The notes beneath the pieces were generated by a model. The model was not told the origin of the DNA, made no database searches, and worked only from the letters and a program-made list of their open reading frames with translations. From Verrucomicrobiota bacterium (GTDB lineage: Bacteria; Verrucomicrobiota; Verrucomicrobiia; Verrucomicrobiales; DEV007), in NCBI GenBank assembly GCA_045046875.1, contig JASFYY010000002.1, forward strand, positions 32,001-96,000: a stretch of DNA of 64,000 bases, written 5' to 3'. Below are positions 52,719-62,512 of the stretch, piece by piece. The translations under genes were made by a program, and so were the position numbers. How positions within the stretch are numbered: the first letter of the stretch is position 1; each line of letters opens with the position of its first letter.

Positions 52719-52934
52719 GGATCTACGTACCTCTCTTCTCTGTTTTTAGTTAAACGCCAGCCGAAAATAACTTTCGGTAGCGTGTGTTTTTCCTTCCTCC
52801 TTCTCCGGAGATCAACGCTGCGTGCTTGTTATGAAACACTCAGCGCCACCCAAGCCGGCCTGGTGCGGGCAATAGAGTCCATAAGACTTTGCCACACCGT
52901 TCCTTATGGGCGCGGTAAAAAAGCACGGATTTTT
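52719..52934 (-). promoter_or_regulatory. Candidate structured leader of the PUR-domain gene
   Basis: Hairpins at 52754-52783, 52815-52846 and 52879-52909, with purine-rich tracts on the mRNA strand. Confidence 0.45.
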
Positions 52935-53903
52935 CTAAAGTCCAACAGCTTTACGAATCCGGTGCAAGGTTTCTTGTGCAATCAGGCGTGCTTGTTGGGC
53001 TCCATTATGTAGCACATCTTCGACAAAAGCCGGATCTTGCTCGAGTTCAGCGCGTTTGACTCGCATGGGAGCGAAGTGTTCGAGCAGTTTTTTCAGCAGT
53101 TGTTTTTTGAAGTGCCCATAACCCTCACCGCCGCGGCGGAAGGCATCTTCCATCTCCTGCACTTCATTTGCGGACGCGATCAATTTGTAGAGCATGACGA
53201 TGTAGGAGTCGTCGGGGTTTTTTGGATCTTCCACTGGAGTGGAATCCGTGGTGATGCGCATGATTTTTTTCTTAAGCGCTTTTTCGTCTTCGAACAGAGC
53301 AATGGTATTATCGTAGCTTTTGCTCATTTTGCGTCCATCGAGACCGGGAACGGCTGCCAGATCTTTGCGAATGCGCGGTTCGGGTATTTTTAACAACTGT
53401 TCGCCTTCGCCGTAACGATCATTAAATTTTTGGGCGATGTCACGGGTGACTTCGATATGCTGCTTTTGATCTTTACCGACGGGAACAAGGTCACTGTTGT
53501 AAATCAGAATGTCGGATGCCATTAGAACTGGGTAAGCAAACAGACCGTGGGACGGGGAAACGCCTTGGGCAATCTTGTCTTTGTAGGAATGACAGCGCTC
53601 AAGCAGGCCCATCGGGGTCAGGGTGCTGAGAATCCAGGTGAGTTCGGTGACTTCCGGTACGTCAGACTGACGAAAAAAAACTGCTTTTTCAGGATCGAGG
53701 CCACAAGCGAGGAAATCGATAGCCACATCGCGCACATTGTCACGCAACTGGCTGGGATCGTGGATCGAGGTCAGCGAGTGATAGTCCGCTATGAAATAAT
53801 AGGCTTCGCCTTCGTCTTGGAGACGGATGGCAGGCTCCATCATGCCAAAATAATTGCCAAGATGAAGTCGCCCAGATGGTTGGATGCCAGATAGAATACG
53901 CAT
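52935..53903 (-). CDS. trpS: Tryptophan--tRNA ligase
   Basis: SGIQPSGRLHLGNY, YPVLMASDIL, VPVGKDQKQH, KMSKS; start at MRILSG. Confidence 0.97.
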   Translation of the reverse strand: MRILSGIQPSGRLHLGNYFGMMEPAIRLQDEGEAYYFIADYHSLTSIHDPSQLRDNVRDVAIDFLACGLDPEKAVFFRQSDVPEVTELTWILSTLTPMGLLERCHSYKDKIAQGVSPSHGLFAYPVLMASDILIYNSDLVPVGKDQKQHIEVTRDIAQKFNDRYGEGEQLLKIPEPRIRKDLAAVPGLDGRKMSKSYDNTIALFEDEKALKKKIMRITTDSTPVEDPKNPDDSYIVMLYKLIASANEVQEMEDAFRRGGEGYGHFKKQLLKKLLEHFAPMRVKRAELEQDPAFVEDVLHNGAQQARLIAQETLHRIRKAVGL

Positions 53904-54167
53904 GAATGGTCTGACTGTCTTTTCGACAGGGGCAGATGTCAAGGCACGATGCTGCGTAGCATGGGCATCTTGCCCATGAATAATCATCTAAAACAGGGGC
54001 TGAAAAAATCCAGCCGTTTTGCTCAGGTCGATTCCCGTAGGTGAGCTTCTATGAGTGATAAAACGGTGCTTTTGTGGTAAGGTGGGGGAGTAATAAAGTT
54101 ATTGCCCCTGATGGCCCAATCGTTCATTGCTCCGAAAATATGGGCAAATAAATCGCTCAAATTTTGA

Positions 54168-55658
54168 TCAGAAAAGCTCACGAAGGGAGGGTTTTGTTAC
54201 TTTCCCCATGACATTTCGTGGCAAACTTTCTAGTAAAATCAAACGCTTCGGGATCTTATAAGTAGACATGCGATCACGACACCATTTACGTAATTCGTCG
54301 ATTACGAGTTCTTTATCAGACTCAAGAATAGCCGCCACTGCGACCATTTCGCCCCAGGTATCATCCGGAAGGCCGATCACGGCACACTCGGAAATATCGG
54401 GGTGCTGCAACAGAGCCGCTTCAATCTCGAGGGCGGATAGTTTGTATCCTCCACTTTTGATAATATCTACAGAAAGCCGACCCATAATTCTATAGTACCC
54501 GGACTCTATCACTGCCATATCACCTGTTAGAAACCACCCGTCATCAAATGACTCGTTAGTAATGTCGGCTAAGTTCCAATATTCATGAAACACACCTGGC
54601 CCCTTTATCTGGATTTCACCTGGTTCGTCTTCATCTAATACCAGATCGCCCTGCTCGTTCTTAAGCCTTACCTCTACTTTAGGAAGAGCGATCCCTACCG
54701 AACCCGGCCGGCGTTCACCATGGAAAGGATTGGACAAGGCCATACCTATTTCAGTCATTCCATATCGTTCCAGCAGTTTTTGCCCGGTTAATTCAGTCCA
54801 TTTTTCATGAATACTGGCGGGAAGAGCCGCTGAACCGGAAATCATCAATCTCATCTCAGCAAAACAACGGGTCAGCACATTTTTTTCATCAACGCCCATT
54901 GACTCCAGACTCTGGATCAATTTTACATAGATGGTAGGCACTGCCATAAATACACTATACGCGCCCGATTTGACCCGTTCGAAAACAGTATTCAAATCAA
55001 AGTTCGGAAACGGTTCTATCGTCGCCCCGCTCCAAAGTGCGCAGCTACAAATGTTGATGATCCCGTGAATATGATGTAGTGGCAGAAATAAAGGTATCCG
55101 GTCATCCGGCGACCATTCCCAGGCCCCAACCAGACTCTCTATCTGAGCCTGGATATTCAAATGGGTCGTTACCACGCCTTTCGGCTTACTGGTCGTTCCG
55201 CTGGTGTATAGAATCATAGCGCGCCTTTGCGCCGAAATCTCAGGCAGATTTTTATCGGGAAACGATACAGATACTTCTTCGATCACCAATAGTTGTAGAT
55301 CCAGTCTTTGACAGAGGCCAGCCAACTTGTCACGGTAGGCCGAGGGCACTACAACTATCGTTGATCCCGAATCGGACAGGGCGTACTCGAGTTCCGGTTC
55401 TGCGGCCGATATGCAGAGTGGAACCGTGACTCCACCCGAACGCCAGATACCCCATTGAGTCGCCACATAATCAAATCCTGCAGGAATCAAAAATGCAACT
55501 CTGGCTTCTCTTAAATCGTCCGACTTATCCAGCAATGCCGAGGCAATCTGCGCGGAACGGGACAATAAATCCTGGTAACTGTGCTCATTTTTTTCAGTTC
55601 TAAGGGCTACCTTGCTCTCAAACAGACGAGCTCGGGAAATTATTTCAAGTTCGTTCAT
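54168..55658 (-). CDS. Acyl-CoA synthetase, malonyl-CoA synthetase (MatB/ACSF3)-like
   Basis: YTSGTTSKPKG, LPLHHIHG, ERYGMTEIGMALSNP, SGGYK.SALEIE, MGKV; operonic with madLM. Confidence 0.82.
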   Translation of the reverse strand: MNELEIISRARLFESKVALRTEKNEHSYQDLLSRSAQIASALLDKSDDLREARVAFLIPAGFDYVATQWGIWRSGGVTVPLCISAAEPELEYALSDSGSTIVVVPSAYRDKLAGLCQRLDLQLLVIEEVSVSFPDKNLPEISAQRRAMILYTSGTTSKPKGVVTTHLNIQAQIESLVGAWEWSPDDRIPLFLPLHHIHGIINICSCALWSGATIEPFPNFDLNTVFERVKSGAYSVFMAVPTIYVKLIQSLESMGVDEKNVLTRCFAEMRLMISGSAALPASIHEKWTELTGQKLLERYGMTEIGMALSNPFHGERRPGSVGIALPKVEVRLKNEQGDLVLDEDEPGEIQIKGPGVFHEYWNLADITNESFDDGWFLTGDMAVIESGYYRIMGRLSVDIIKSGGYKLSALEIEAALLQHPDISECAVIGLPDDTWGEMVAVAAILESDKELVIDELRKWCRDRMSTYKIPKRLILLESLPRNVMGKVTKPSLRELF

Positions 55659-55662
55659 GTGT

Positions 55663-56439
55663 TTATTGTTCAGTCAGAAGTCTAACGAAAAGGAATATGA
55701 CAGAAGGCCCCAGCAAGCAGCCTAATCCAGTATAAAATGTCGCGGTCATTGCCCCGTAAGGCACTAAGCGGGGATCAGTCGCAGCGAGACCACCGGCAAC
55801 GCCGCTGGTCGTTCCCATGAGCCCCCCGAAAATCATAGCGGATCGGGGATTATCGAGGCCGATATATTTTGCAACAAATGGAGTGCCTATCATAACCAGA
55901 ATCGATTTCACTAAACCTGCGGCAACACTGAGTGCCATCACATCAGAAGAAGCCCCTAGTGCTCCCCCGGTTACTGGTCCTACGATGTAGGTAGCAGCAC
56001 CGGCACCAATCGTTGTTATACTTATCGCATCCCGGTAGCCGAATGCCCAGGCCACACAGCCACCAACGAAAAATGATACCAAAATTCCGGCAAAGAGGGA
56101 TAGAATCCCCGAAAACCCCGTCTTTAGAAATTCCTCCATCCGCACGCCAAAAGCAGTCGCCACAATAGCGAGATCTCGCAGCATTGCGCCTCCCATCAGG
56201 CCGACCCCCGCGAGAGCCGGAACATCGGCAATGCCTTTGTTTCCCCCCATCCAGCGTCCCCCAAACCAAGCCAACACAAGGCCCAGAAATATCGCAATCG
56301 CCGAGCCATGAATCCTTCCTTTGGTGAGATGTTTCGAAACCAAGTAGGAAAGCCAGATCACTATCCCGATTACCGCGAAAGCCGTAACCAAGTTGTATTT
56401 AATCAAGACATCCTTCTGGAGGAACTCATACATCTTCAT
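55663..56439 (-). CDS. madM: Malonate/Na+ symporter subunit MadM
   Basis: GRIHGSAIAI, GGAMLRDLAIVAT, GPVTG, GGLMGTTSGV, LVPYGAMTATFYTGLGCL. Confidence 0.93.
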   Translation of the reverse strand: MKMYEFLQKDVLIKYNLVTAFAVIGIVIWLSYLVSKHLTKGRIHGSAIAIFLGLVLAWFGGRWMGGNKGIADVPALAGVGLMGGAMLRDLAIVATAFGVRMEEFLKTGFSGILSLFAGILVSFFVGGCVAWAFGYRDAISITTIGAGAATYIVGPVTGGALGASSDVMALSVAAGLVKSILVMIGTPFVAKYIGLDNPRSAMIFGGLMGTTSGVAGGLAATDPRLVPYGAMTATFYTGLGCLLGPSVIFLFVRLLTEQ

Positions 56440-56810
56440 AGTTCGGGATCCACCTTGTCATCACCCATCCGACTCAAAATCGGAACTAAGGCAAAACAAG
56501 CCAGTACGGATAACACCCCGGCGACAATAGCAACCCAACCGCTCGTCACAGCAGCCAGCACATTTTGGCTGGCCGCCATTGCGACCACGATGGGAATATA
56601 GATTGCGCTCCAAAACGCGATCCCGCTTTCCGTAGCAACCTTAATCTTGTCAGATTTATGTAAGTGGTCGCAGATCAGAATAAGGAATAGCATCGCAATC
56701 CCGACACCTCCAATATTTTTATCCAGTCCCACGGCCCACCCTAGAATTCGTCCCAAAGACAAACCTGCCAATAAGCAGATGGATAACAGTGCAGTTCCGT
56801 AGATCGCCAT
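56436..56810 (-). CDS. madL: Malonate/Na+ symporter subunit MadL
   Basis: IYGTALLSIC, NIGGVGIAML, FWSAIYIPIVVAMAASQNV; 4-bp overlap with madM. Confidence 0.93.
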   Translation of the reverse strand: MAIYGTALLSICLLAGLSLGRILGWAVGLDKNIGGVGIAMLFLILICDHLHKSDKIKVATESGIAFWSAIYIPIVVAMAASQNVLAAVTSGWVAIVAGVLSVLACFALVPILSRMGDDKVDPEL

Positions 56811-57150
56811 AATTATTTATTAATTGATCGAAGTTTACTTTTTTTAAGGATTTTTATAGAGGCGTCGGCTCGTTTGGGATTGGATGGGAAAGGGGCGAAA
56901 TGGTAAAATTTCGTGTTCATGAGAAGGACTCGAACATAAAAATAGGTTTGAGTCAAGGCACCCGGGAGGAGGACACTGGAAGAGTGTTTCGTAGGGGATG
57001 TTCAGCGTGAATCATCATGGGCTGGAGCCGAAACTACGAGGTGCGCCTCGTGAGGTATGGGTGCAATGGCTTTGTATTAAAGGAAGGTTTTTGAAAATTA
57101 CACTGAAGTGATTCCTTGCAGGATTTTGTGGAGCGGTCTAATCTCATCTA

Positions 57151-59706
57151 ATGGCGGGCAAGAAAAAAGAGAAAGGCATGACACCGATGATGCAGCAGTA
57201 TCACTCGATGCGCAATGGTTTGCCCAAGGATGTTTTGCTGCTTTATCGTCTGGGTGATTTTTACGAGATGTTTTTTGACGATGCGGTGCAGGCGGCACCG
57301 ATTCTGGGGGTGGCTTTGACACGCCGCAATGCGATTCCGATGTGCGGCGTGCCGCATCACGCGGCGCAGGGTTATATTGCCAAGTTGGTGAAAGCGGGGC
57401 GGCGGGTGGCGATTGCCGAGCAGACCAGTGAACCTCAGCCAGGTAAGATCGTGCAGAGGGAAATCGCACAAATTATTTCTGCGGGCACCATAGATGATTT
57501 TAATTTATTGGAGTCGACCCAGTCGAATTATCTGGCGGCGGCTTGCCGGGTATCGGGGCGCTGGGGTTTGGCTTTTGTCGATCTCAGCACCGGGGATTTC
57601 AGATTGATGGAGTTTTCGCAGCGGGATGGCCTGGTGGATGAATTGGCACGGATTCGTCCGGCAGAGTTGTTGTTCAGCGATGAGCAGGCGGAGGATTTTG
57701 ATACTTTGACTCAGGCGATTGATTATGACGCTTATGCTTTTTTACCAGATCAGGCGGAGTTTTTGCTAAAGGAACATTTTAAGGTTCAATCGCTGGATGG
57801 ATTTGGTTGCGCGGCTTTGAATGCTGCGGTCGGCGCGGCGGGCGCGGTGTTGCATTATTTGCAGACTCAGATGCGGCGTAAGGTGGATCACATCCGGCGA
57901 TTGCAGGTTTGTGATAGCGAAAGCTTCGTGCTTATCGACGCGTCGAGTCAGCGCAATTTGGATTTGATCAACAGTGCGTCGGGGGGGCAGAAACATTCTC
58001 TGCTGGGTGCTTTGGATCGCACTTCGACGCCGATGGGGGCACGTAAATTGCGTGACTGGGTTTTGCATCCATTGCGTGATTACGATCAATTGGTGGCGCG
58101 GCAGGATTTGATTGCGCAATTTTTGCAACAGTCTTTTTTGTTGAGCCAGATTCAGGCTGCGCTGAAAGAAGTGCGGGATATCGAGCGCACCATCAGTCGT
58201 TTGAGTCAGGGTTCGGGTAATGCGCGGGATCTCAAGGCGCTGGCGGTATCGTTGGCGAAAATTCCCGATGTGAAGAGTCATCTGACTGCGCTTGAGAAGG
58301 AGCAGGATCCGGGTTTGGGGGGGCGTTTGCGTGCGCGCTTGCGTGATTTTGGAGATTTGGTTGATTTATTGGAAAAAGCGATTGTCGATGAACCGCCGCC
58401 GGCTTTGAAGGACGGCGGGATTTTCCGCGATGGTTACAGCCAAATGATCGACGAGATCCGTAGCGCATCCACCGAGGGCAAACAATGGGTGGCCAAGTTG
58501 CAGCAGGATGAAATCGCACGCACCGGGGTCAAATCCTTGAAGGTCAAATTCAATGCGGTGTTTGGTTATTTTATCGAGCTCACCAAATCCAACCTCGCTG
58601 CGGTGCCGGATGATTATATCCGCAAACAGACGCTGGCCAACGCCGAGCGATTCATCACTCCGGAGTTGAAGGAGGTGGAGAATAAAATCCTTGGCGCGGA
58701 CGAGCGACTTAGGACATTGGAGTATGAGGAGTTTCTTAATTTAAGAGAGACCGTGCTTGAGTATTTGGAGGAGATTCAGGACACCGCTGCGGCGCTGGCC
58801 GAGGTAGATACTCTTGCGGGTTTGGCGGAAACGGCTCAGCTTTATAATTATTGTCGACCGCTGTTGAACGAGTCACGTAATCTTTATATCAAGGAGGGCC
58901 GTCATCCGGTGTTGGATCAAAATATCGCCGAGGAAAAATTTGTTCCTAATGATACGGCGATGGAGCCCGAGAAAAACCGATTGATTTTACTCACCGGGCC
59001 GAACATGGCGGGTAAATCGACTTATATTCGCCAAGTGGCGTTGATCACTCTGATGGCGCAGATTGGAAGTTATGTTCCAGCAGAAAGTGCCGAGATAGGA
59101 TTGGTGGATCGTATTTACACCCGGGTGGGAGCTAGTGATGATTTGGCCAAGGGGCAATCAACCTTCATGGTTGAGATGACCGAAACGGCGGTGATTGTGA
59201 ATACAGCAACCGAGAAAAGCCTGGTGATCCTGGATGAGATTGGTCGTGGCACAGCGACTTTTGATGGTCTGTCGATTGCTTGGAGTGTAGCCGAACATTT
59301 GCATGATGAGATTGGTGCGCGTTCTCTTTTTGCTACGCACTATCACGAATTGACCGAACTTTCCCAGAGTCGTGCAGGGGTGCAAAATTACAATGTGGCG
59401 GTGAGGGAGTGGAATGACCAGATCATATTCCTGCGCAAAATCGTGCCTGGCAGTGCGGATAAAAGTTACGGGATTCAGGTGGCGCGCCTGGCGGGTTTGC
59501 CTACAGAGATCATTGCTCGGGCTCGTGAGATTCTGGAGCAATTGGAATCTGAAAATCATGTGCCGACTCATGTGCAGGCTAGTAATGAGGCTTTGCCGAA
59601 GAAAAAAAGAGCCAAGCGCAAAAAAGCGAAGTCTGGAAATGGGCGGGTCAAAGAAGGGGATTCGGATGAGTCACAGGAGGAGCCGCAGTTGTCTTTGTTT
59701 TCTTAG
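57151..59706 (+). CDS. mutS: DNA mismatch repair protein MutS
   Basis: TPMMQQY, GDFYEMF, TGPNMAGKST, STFMVEM, DEIGRGT, FATHYHEL. Confidence 0.99.
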   Translation: MAGKKKEKGMTPMMQQYHSMRNGLPKDVLLLYRLGDFYEMFFDDAVQAAPILGVALTRRNAIPMCGVPHHAAQGYIAKLVKAGRRVAIAEQTSEPQPGKIVQREIAQIISAGTIDDFNLLESTQSNYLAAACRVSGRWGLAFVDLSTGDFRLMEFSQRDGLVDELARIRPAELLFSDEQAEDFDTLTQAIDYDAYAFLPDQAEFLLKEHFKVQSLDGFGCAALNAAVGAAGAVLHYLQTQMRRKVDHIRRLQVCDSESFVLIDASSQRNLDLINSASGGQKHSLLGALDRTSTPMGARKLRDWVLHPLRDYDQLVARQDLIAQFLQQSFLLSQIQAALKEVRDIERTISRLSQGSGNARDLKALAVSLAKIPDVKSHLTALEKEQDPGLGGRLRARLRDFGDLVDLLEKAIVDEPPPALKDGGIFRDGYSQMIDEIRSASTEGKQWVAKLQQDEIARTGVKSLKVKFNAVFGYFIELTKSNLAAVPDDYIRKQTLANAERFITPELKEVENKILGADERLRTLEYEEFLNLRETVLEYLEEIQDTAAALAEVDTLAGLAETAQLYNYCRPLLNESRNLYIKEGRHPVLDQNIAEEKFVPNDTAMEPEKNRLILLTGPNMAGKSTYIRQVALITLMAQIGSYVPAESAEIGLVDRIYTRVGASDDLAKGQSTFMVEMTETAVIVNTATEKSLVILDEIGRGTATFDGLSIAWSVAEHLHDEIGARSLFATHYHELTELSQSRAGVQNYNVAVREWNDQIIFLRKIVPGSADKSYGIQVARLAGLPTEIIARAREILEQLESENHVPTHVQASNEALPKKKRAKRKKAKSGNGRVKEGDSDESQEEPQLSLFS

Positions 59707-59711
59707 CTGTC

Positions 59712-61811
59712 ATGGAGCAGAGCGATAGTATCGAATTGCAACTAAACAGTGCTTTGCAAGATCTGGCTTTGTCGGGTTTGAACCCCAAAGCTTTAAAAGC
59801 ACTGGAAAATCTGGGGATTAAAACGGTGGGAGATTTAATCACTCACTACCCTCGCCGTTACGAAGATCGAACGCGATTTGATGGTTTTCCAAATCAACCG
59901 AGCAGCGAAGCACTTTGTTTAAGAGGGACAGTGACGGATACCTCGGTGCGTTTTGCGGGGCGACGACGATTTTTTGAAATGCGGGTTGAGGATCTGGATT
60001 CCGCACTAACGGCGGTGATCACCTGCCGCTGGTTTAACTCTCCTTATATGCAGAAGGTTTTTGCTGCGGACCAAGTGGTGGTTTTGTATGGCAAACCCAA
60101 ACTCAGTGGCAGTCGTCTGGTGATGGATCATCCGGAGTATGAGATCATAGACGAGGATTTTGAGGGTGATCTCGAATCGCCTCATGTGGAGCGCATCACC
60201 CCTGTTTATGCTTTGAGTTCAGGCATCAGCCAGTTGGTTTTGCGTGCTACGATGTATGTGGTGTTGGAGCAACTGTTTGATGAAACCATGCCGGATTTGT
60301 TGCCACCGGATCAGGTGCCTTCGTGGTGCCGTGCGCGGGCTATTCGTGAGGCTCATTTCCCGGATAATTTTGACGATCTGCAGCAGGCGAGACGTTACTT
60401 GGCATTGCAGGAATTCACGGCCTTGCAGTTGAAGGTATTAAAACAGCGCAGGGATTATGTGGACCGTGGTGGCAAAGTCCATTGTGGTCCGGGAGATCTG
60501 TTAGAGCAATTTTTAAGTAAACTGCCTTTTGAAGCTACCGGGGCGCAGCAGCGATCGATCAATGAAATTCGAGAGGATTTGTCTTCTCTACGGCCGATGA
60601 ATCGTTTGTTGCAAGGCGACGTGGGTTCTGGAAAAACCTTGGTCGCGATAGCGGCGATGTTGTTGGTGGTGGAAGATGGTTATCAAGCGGCCTTGATGGC
60701 CCCGACTCAGATTTTGGCCGAGCAGCATTATTTGGTGCTGCAGAAATGGCTCGAACCTCTGGGGATTCGAGTGGGTCTGCGAACCGCCGCGCGCAAGGAG
60801 GATGGATTTTTGCCTTTGATGAGCGGAGGTGGGGAGGCGCAGATATTAGTTGGTACCCATGCCTTGATTGCCAACCAGTCGGAATTGTCCAATCTGGGTT
60901 TGGCGGTGATTGATGAGCAACACAAGTTCGGTGTGGATCAGCGCAGTAAGCTGATCGAGCAGGGCGACATGCCGGATGTTCTGGTGATGACGGCTACTCC
61001 GATTCCGCGAACTTTGACCCTGACGGTGTATGGAGATTTGGATGTTTCGCTGGTGGATGAAATGCCAGCCGGACGAGGGGCGATTATCACCGGGGTGCGG
61101 GATTTGAAAAAAACCAAAGCCGCAGCGGATTTTGTGCGTGAGCAATTGGAAAAGGGGCGTCAGGCTTACATTGTCTATCCTCTAATTGAAGAATCGGACA
61201 AACAGAAGTCGCTGGCGGTCACGGTGGAATTTGAGAAGTGGGAAAAACGTTTTAAGAGTTTTCGTTGCGGCCTGTTGCATGGTCGTTTGAATGGTGAGGA
61301 AAAAGAACAGGTGATGAGCGAATTCCGCAGTGGCGGGATTCAGGTGCTGGTTTCGACAACGGTGATTGAAGTAGGAGTGGATGTCCCTAATGCCAATATC
61401 ATGTTGGTATTTAATGCCGAACGATTTGGTTTGGCTCAACTGCATCAGTTGCGCGGGCGTATTGGTCGAGGAGAGCACAAGAGTTATTGTATTTTGATGG
61501 TGGATTTGAAAAATGCGTCTGAATCAGCGGATAAATTGAAGGTTTTGGAAGAGAGTCGTGATGGTTTTCGCATTGCGGAAGAAGATCTCAAATTACGCGG
61601 CCCTGGAGAAGTGTTGGGCACCGCTCAAAGTGGGTTACCGGATCTAAAAATGGGAGATTTGGTGACCGATGCCGACTTGCTTCGTGAAGCACGGGATTTG
61701 GCCAGGGAAATTTTGCAAGATGATCCGGATATAAAAAGAGAACGTAATCGTCAGTTGATTGAACTGCTAAGTGGGACGAATGAAGAGCAGACGAGCGGGC
61801 AATTGAGCTGA
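59712..61811 (+). CDS. recG: ATP-dependent DNA helicase RecG
   Basis: P.RYEDR, RLLQGDVGSGKT, DEQHKFG, MTATPIPRT, ERFGLAQLHQLRGR. Confidence 0.98.
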   Translation: MEQSDSIELQLNSALQDLALSGLNPKALKALENLGIKTVGDLITHYPRRYEDRTRFDGFPNQPSSEALCLRGTVTDTSVRFAGRRRFFEMRVEDLDSALTAVITCRWFNSPYMQKVFAADQVVVLYGKPKLSGSRLVMDHPEYEIIDEDFEGDLESPHVERITPVYALSSGISQLVLRATMYVVLEQLFDETMPDLLPPDQVPSWCRARAIREAHFPDNFDDLQQARRYLALQEFTALQLKVLKQRRDYVDRGGKVHCGPGDLLEQFLSKLPFEATGAQQRSINEIREDLSSLRPMNRLLQGDVGSGKTLVAIAAMLLVVEDGYQAALMAPTQILAEQHYLVLQKWLEPLGIRVGLRTAARKEDGFLPLMSGGGEAQILVGTHALIANQSELSNLGLAVIDEQHKFGVDQRSKLIEQGDMPDVLVMTATPIPRTLTLTVYGDLDVSLVDEMPAGRGAIITGVRDLKKTKAAADFVREQLEKGRQAYIVYPLIEESDKQKSLAVTVEFEKWEKRFKSFRCGLLHGRLNGEEKEQVMSEFRSGGIQVLVSTTVIEVGVDVPNANIMLVFNAERFGLAQLHQLRGRIGRGEHKSYCILMVDLKNASESADKLKVLEESRDGFRIAEEDLKLRGPGEVLGTAQSGLPDLKMGDLVTDADLLREARDLAREILQDDPDIKRERNRQLIELLSGTNEEQTSGQLS

Positions 61812-61843
61812 GAGGTTCGTGTTTTAAAACTGCTAAAAATACG

Positions 61844-62428
61844 ATGAATTGGTTGGCGCATTTATATTTATCCGAGCCGCAAACGGAGTTTCAACTGGGT
61901 AACGTGATGACGGATATTCTGAAGGGGCATCGCTGGCCTAGCATGAGTGATGATTTTCTCAGAGGCATTGATTGTCACCATAAAATAGATGCTTACACCG
62001 ACCGCCATAAGGTGGTCGAACGCAGTAAAGCCCGACTCAAGGGCAACCCTCGTCTGCGGGGGATTGTGGTGGATGTGTTTTATGACCATTTGCTGACCTT
62101 GCACTGGCAAGATTACTGTGATGTTTCGATGCGAGAGCATTTGGATACATTTTACGAACAGGCTCTTGCGGCGAGCACTGGCTATCCAGAACTTGCCCAA
62201 GAATTTGTGCAAAGTTTGGTGGAAAGTGATCGCCTGGGTCGTTACGGGGATATGCAGGAATTGAGCTGGGCCTATGAACGAATTGATACCCACCTTTCCG
62301 AGAGAGCTTTGCGGCGGGGACGATTGGTAGAATTCATGCCATCGTTAAAAGAGCAGTTTCAAAATTTGGAAGAGGACTTCGCATGTTTTTTCCCAGACTT
62401 GATGCGACATGTGGGTAAGACGCGTTAA
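61844..62428 (+). CDS. acpH: Acyl carrier protein phosphodiesterase (AcpH-like)
   Basis: MNWLAHLYLS..GN..D..KG, H..ID..TD.H, DVFYDH.L. Confidence 0.85.
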   Translation: MNWLAHLYLSEPQTEFQLGNVMTDILKGHRWPSMSDDFLRGIDCHHKIDAYTDRHKVVERSKARLKGNPRLRGIVVDVFYDHLLTLHWQDYCDVSMREHLDTFYEQALAASTGYPELAQEFVQSLVESDRLGRYGDMQELSWAYERIDTHLSERALRRGRLVEFMPSLKEQFQNLEEDFACFFPDLMRHVGKTR

Positions 62429-62512
62429 GGATTAAAATGAATCCAACGATTGTTTATAGCACTTGACCTTCGTTAGACTTTTTATCATTATAAAATCTTA
62501 ACAAACAAAACA

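Noticed and set aside
52458..53012. 184-aa plus-strand ORF
   Set aside because: Overlaps the PUR-domain gene and the trpS 3' end on the opposite strand; no motifs.
56811..57150. LexA box or riboswitch between madL and mutS, and a short minus-strand ORF (MNTKFYHF...)
   Set aside because: TGTTC...GAACA spacing is 13 rather than 4; the hairpins match no family I recognise; the ORF has no support.
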